A stretch of DNA of 31,991 nt from Acaryochloridaceae cyanobacterium VAR_48_metabat_390 (lineage in GTDB: Bacteria > Cyanobacteriota > Cyanobacteriia > Thermosynechococcales > Thermosynechococcaceae). Shown piece by piece: positions 28,177 to 31,991 of the stretch (position 1 is its first letter; each line of letters starts with the position of its first letter). A program made the position numbers and the translations under genes. A model generated the notes under the pieces. That model was not told the origin of the DNA, ran no database searches, and worked only from the letters and a program-made list of their open reading frames with translations. Where the stretch lies: assembly GCA_031422435.1 (NCBI GenBank), contig JANPLU010000105.1:1-31991 (forward strand), given 5' to 3'.

Positions 28177-28635
28177 TTGCAGCGCAAAATCGTTGGATTC
28201 CATCAAGATGACGAGTCTCATTGGGTAGCAGAGCTAGATTGTGGACATGCTCAACATACCCGTCATAATCCCCCCTTCTTCCCGCGACCTTGGGTCTTGA
28301 CGGAAGAGGGAAGATTGAGTTGGATTGGCACGAGTCTAGATTGTCTTCGCTGCGATCGCCAAGAAATGCCCAAGGGCCACGTCGCCTATCGCCGTACCCC
28401 AGAATTTACGGCTCAGACAATTCCGCCTAAATTAAGGAAGCATCATGGGACTAAAGCGGGTGTGTGGGGAGTGATTCATGTGTTGAGGGGACAGGTACGA
28501 TATCAAATCCATCGGCCTTATCATTTTGATGTGTTGCTTGATAAAGATGCAAAGGGTATCGTGATTCCTGAAGTAGAACACGAAGTAGAACCGCTAAGAG
28601 ATGCAGCATTTTATGTTGAGTTCTGGCATGGATAG
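28177..28635 (+). CDS. DUF3565 + DUF1971 (TehB/YeaR-like cupin) fusion protein
   Basis: GFHQDDESHWVAELDCGHAQHTRHNPP...LDCLRC followed by TPEFT...HGTKAGVWG...HEVEP...FYVEF; TTG start at 28177 behind GGAG. Confidence 0.75.
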   Translation: MQRKIVGFHQDDESHWVAELDCGHAQHTRHNPPFFPRPWVLTEEGRLSWIGTSLDCLRCDRQEMPKGHVAYRRTPEFTAQTIPPKLRKHHGTKAGVWGVIHVLRGQVRYQIHRPYHFDVLLDKDAKGIVIPEVEHEVEPLRDAAFYVEFWHG

Positions 28636-28790
28636 AGGTTTATCGCCAAGGCATTTACTCTAGGGTTGAGAGAGATCTCCGGATGGTTACCCTATCATTT
28701 TCATAAAACCTTTGGTGCCACTCGTTTATAAGAGAGTTCAAGCACAGCTTGTCCTGATCTGCCCCGCGTACTGAACAATAGATTGTTAGA

Positions 28791-31700
28791 CTACCAAACC
28801 AGGTGGGATGTAATCAGAGCTTTTGCAGCTTTGTAATTTAAGGGTTTAGAGAAAAAATACCCCTGACCATATTCACAGCCCAGTCGTCTGAGTTGAGCCA
28901 GCTGAGATGCTGTTTCGATGCCTTCCGCCACAACCTCCATATTAAGGGTATGAGATAGCGTCAAAATCGCCTGAACGATTTCGGCATTCTCGCCTGCTTG
29001 CCCCATGGCGTTTACAAAAGAACGATCAATTTTAAGGGTGTCGATGGGGAACTGATGCAGGCGACTGAGAGAAGAGTATCCGGTGCCAAAATCGTCAATA
29101 CAGAGCTGTACGCCCAGAGACTTAAGTTTCTGAAGCAGGGTTGCAGCGTAATCGGAATGCTCCATAATTTCGCTCTCGGTAATTTCCAATTTAAGCCGAT
29201 CAGGAGCCAATCCGGTTTGCTGTAAAACTTGGCTGATCTGCTGAATGAGGTTGGGCTGAGAGAGAAGCCTACTGGAAAGATTGACGTTGATGCTCAAACA
29301 CTGATGGGCTGGACACTGCATCTGCCACTTCCGAAGCTGTTGGCAGGCCGTCCACATTACCCACTGATCTATTTGGATAATTAAGCCAGTTTCTTCCGCT
29401 ACGGGCATAAACTCAGCCGGAGAAATGAGACCTCTGTCTGGATGCAGCCAGCGCACCAGCGCCTCAAACCCAGTAACACACCCTGTGGATAGAGAAATAA
29501 TGGGTTGGTAAAACACCCGTAGCTCATGGCGTGTGATGGCCCAGCGGAGATCAGTTTCTAGCTTCAGCAGAGCAACCGCTTGCTCAAACATCTCTGCATT
29601 GAAGATCGCATAACGGTTTTTGCCGAGGGCTTTGGCTCGGTACAGGGCTGTATCGGCATTTCGCAGTAGGACTTCTGCTGGGTCAGCACTCGCCTGATTG
29701 AGAACGATGCCAATACTGCTCGTAATGAAAACCTCCTGTTCTTTGAGGTAAAGAGGTGCACGCAGGGACTGCTGAATTCGCTCAGCGATGCCAACGACGT
29801 CTTCAGGGTTTTGAATGGAATTGAGCAGCACTGTAAATTCATCGCCCCCTAAACGGGCAACTGTATCGCCAGGACGGAGGCAGGCTTGGAGGCGCTGGGC
29901 GATCGCCACCAAAAGTTGGTCCCCCACTAAATGACCCAGACTATCGTTGATGACCTTGAAGCGATCCAGATCTAGAAAGAGAACTGCAAACTGCTCATGA
30001 GGAGAGCGCTGGAGGCGATCTAGGGTTTGCTGAAGCCGATCCATAAACAGAAGTCGATTAGGTAATCCCGTCAAGGCATCATGAAAAGCATCATGAATTA
30101 ACTGCTCTTCAATACGCTTGCGATCTGAAATATCAACCACCTGATCAAGGGTGTGAAGCGGATTGCCATCGGCATCGCGGATTAGCGTTGACTGGAGCAG
30201 CGCATTAACAATGTGGCCATCTTTGGCAAGATACCGCTTTTCAATCTGATAGTAGGACAGTTCACCTCGGAGTAGCTTTTGAGTGTAAATCAGATCGGCT
30301 GCGAGGTCATCGGCATGGGTGATATCTGCAAAAGTGAGGTTGACTAGCTCAGTGGAGGTGTACCCTAACGCACGGCAAAAAGCCTGATTCACCTTTAGAA
30401 AACGTCCATCTAAGGTGTTGAGCGCCATGCCAATGGGAGCAAGCTCAAAGATGATACGAAAAAGTGCTTCACTCTTTTGAAGATCTTCTTCAGCCTTTTT
30501 ACTCTTTGTGATATCGGTGGCAATGCCATCCAAGCGAATTGACCTGCCGCTACTATCGAAGATCACCCGACCACGATCTCTAAGCCATCGCACCTGTCCA
30601 TTGGGTTGAATAATTCGATACTCTAAATCTTTACTCCCGTTCTCTAAGGTAGCCTGCAACTCGGTTCGCACTCGGTCTTGATCATCAGGGTGAACGGTCT
30701 CCAGCCAAAGGTTGGGGTTGTCGAAAAACTCTGCAACTGAACGACCATAGACCTTCTCAGCGGCGGGGTTTAGATAGTAAATATGAGAACCATCAATGGA
30801 GGTAGACCACACGATATCTTCGAGGTCTTTGAGAATGCTGCTCAGCCGATGCTCACTTTCTTGGAGTGCAGCCTCAACCCGTTTGCGGGCTGTGATGTCG
30901 GTAATCATGCCTAACGCTCCGGCATAATTCCTCTGGTTATCAAAAAACGGAGCCGTTGAGACAATGGCCCAGAGGTCACTCCCATTCTTACGGCGAAACT
31001 TGAAGTCGTGGGCTTCGCTGATGCCTGCATGGCGGTGCTCTAAACCGATGTTGGCGATCGCAATCCCTTCTTCATCCATAAAAGAGAACAGGGTTTCGCC
31101 CATCATTTCATCAATGGAGTAGCCCAGCATAGCGGCCATTTGGGAGTTGACAAATCTAGTTTGATTCTCTTGGTCTAGCACCCAAATTCCTTCGACGGCG
31201 GTTTCAACAATCCGGCGATACTGTTCTTCCTGTTGACGGAGGGCTTCTTCTGCTTGGATGCGCTGGGTAATATCGGTTTGAATTCCGACAAAGTGGGTGA
31301 GATCCCCTTTCTCGTCAAATACGGGCGCAACATACAAATCGTTCCAGAAGAGGGTGCCGTCTTTACGGTAGTTGCGCAGAGTAACGTGGCATTCTTGATG
31401 GTTTTCTAAAGCCGCTCGTAGTTCCGGAAGAGCAGCTTGCCCTGTATCTGTGCCCTGTAAAAACCGACAGTTCCGCCCTATCACTTCAGCATTGGTATAG
31501 CCCGTCATTGTCTCAAAGGCTGGGTTGACATAGATGATGGGGTTATCGAGTTGGTGGGCGTCCGTCAAAACAATGCCGTTACTGCTGGCGGCGATCGCCC
31601 GCTCCATCAGGCGCAGTTGAGATTGCGCCTGTTTTTGCTCAATGGCTGTGGCTAAGAAATTGGCGATTGCCTGGAGAAAATACACATCCTCCTGGGTAAA

Positions 31701-31991
31701 GGCCTGAGGCGACGTCGTATAGCCCCATAGTACGCCAAAGGGCTGTTCTTGCCCTGGAATAACCACATTGATGCTGCTCACCACTCGATGATTATGGAGT
31801 AGGGGTGGCCCGCCGAAGTGTGGGTCAATGCGAAAGTCTTCTACAATCACGGGGGTTTGAGTCTGGAGGGTGTAGCCAATTTGAGAATTGTGCTGGCTGC
31901 TCACCCGTGCTGTACCCACGAGACCGTGATTCCAACCCACCCCCGCCTTGAGCTGTAGGGCATTTCCCCCTGGTAGTCGTTCTAAAATGGC
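28791..31991 (-). CDS. GAF-LOV-PAS-PAS-PAS-GGDEF-EAL protein (diguanylate cyclase/phosphodiesterase), 5' end outside the window
   Basis: Frame open to the window edge; [12 protein letters not shown] signature; three further PAS/PAC repeats; RPGD I-site plus [20 protein letters not shown] and EGIE. Confidence 0.95.
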   Translation of the reverse strand, partial: AILERLPGGNALQLKAGVGWNHGLVGTARVSSQHNSQIGYTLQTQTPVIVEDFRIDPHFGGPPLLHNHRVVSSINVVIPGQEQPFGVLWGYTTSPQAFTQEDVYFLQAIANFLATAIEQKQAQSQLRLMERAIAASSNGIVLTDAHQLDNPIIYVNPAFETMTGYTNAEVIGRNCRFLQGTDTGQAALPELRAALENHQECHVTLRNYRKDGTLFWNDLYVAPVFDEKGDLTHFVGIQTDITQRIQAEEALRQQEEQYRRIVETAVEGIWVLDQENQTRFVNSQMAAMLGYSIDEMMGETLFSFMDEEGIAIANIGLEHRHAGISEAHDFKFRRKNGSDLWAIVSTAPFFDNQRNYAGALGMITDITARKRVEAALQESEHRLSSILKDLEDIVWSTSIDGSHIYYLNPAAEKVYGRSVAEFFDNPNLWLETVHPDDQDRVRTELQATLENGSKDLEYRIIQPNGQVRWLRDRGRVIFDSSGRSIRLDGIATDITKSKKAEEDLQKSEALFRIIFELAPIGMALNTLDGRFLKVNQAFCRALGYTSTELVNLTFADITHADDLAADLIYTQKLLRGELSYYQIEKRYLAKDGHIVNALLQSTLIRDADGNPLHTLDQVVDISDRKRIEEQLIHDAFHDALTGLPNRLLFMDRLQQTLDRLQRSPHEQFAVLFLDLDRFKVINDSLGHLVGDQLLVAIAQRLQACLRPGDTVARLGGDEFTVLLNSIQNPEDVVGIAERIQQSLRAPLYLKEQEVFITSSIGIVLNQASADPAEVLLRNADTALYRAKALGKNRYAIFNAEMFEQAVALLKLETDLRWAITRHELRVFYQPIISLSTGCVTGFEALVRWLHPDRGLISPAEFMPVAEETGLIIQIDQWVMWTACQQLRKWQMQCPAHQCLSINVNLSSRLLSQPNLIQQISQVLQQTGLAPDRLKLEITESEIMEHSDYAATLLQKLKSLGVQLCIDDFGTGYSSLSRLHQFPIDTLKIDRSFVNAMGQAGENAEIVQAILTLSHTLNMEVVAEGIETASQLAQLRRLGCEYGQGYFFSKPLNYKAAKALITSHLVW

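Larger units (their letters stand above)
2044..31598. repeat. Dispersed HIP1 octamers (GCGATCGC)
   Basis: Roughly two dozen or more copies seen by eye (e.g. near 2044, 4543, 12111, 12224, 13621, 19506, 26821, 31591), characteristic of cyanobacteria. Confidence 0.9.

Noticed and set aside
1..31991. CRISPR arrays, tRNA/rRNA genes, transposases, integrase
   Set aside because: None recognised in the window.

Overview
Cyanobacterial chromosomal window (frequent HIP1 octamer GCGATCGC; Tic20, PaO-like Rieske and Npun_F5560-like genes). The left edge (1-1446) is the end of an integron-type gene-cassette array with no integrase in view. It holds a BrnT toxin gene (missed by the ORF track), an 87-bp attC-like hairpin, and a cassette encoding a HEPN RNase / PD-(D/E)xK nuclease fusion, a candidate anti-phage effector. 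Next come a saccharopine dehydrogenase-family gene, an RhlE-like DEAD-box helicase, a GT-C-like membrane protein, a four-gene minor type IV pilin cluster, an Hsp70-like gene, rpsF with its S6:S18 leader, Tic20, glyA, serA and prmA. A c-di-GMP-I (GEMM) riboswitch aptamer points into a hairpin and the antisense strand of prmA with no obvious downstream gene. After a frameshifted PaO-like oxygenase lies a DNA-damage-flavoured accessory patch: a UmuD-like protein with an N-terminal basic extension flanked by two copies of a 22-bp palindrome, VOC and DUF4385-like genes, and SRAP and DUF6464-like remnants. The window ends with a candidate structured RNA and a 5'-truncated GAF-LOV-PAS-GGDEF-EAL gene. 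All family assignments are by eye from motifs; no searches were run.
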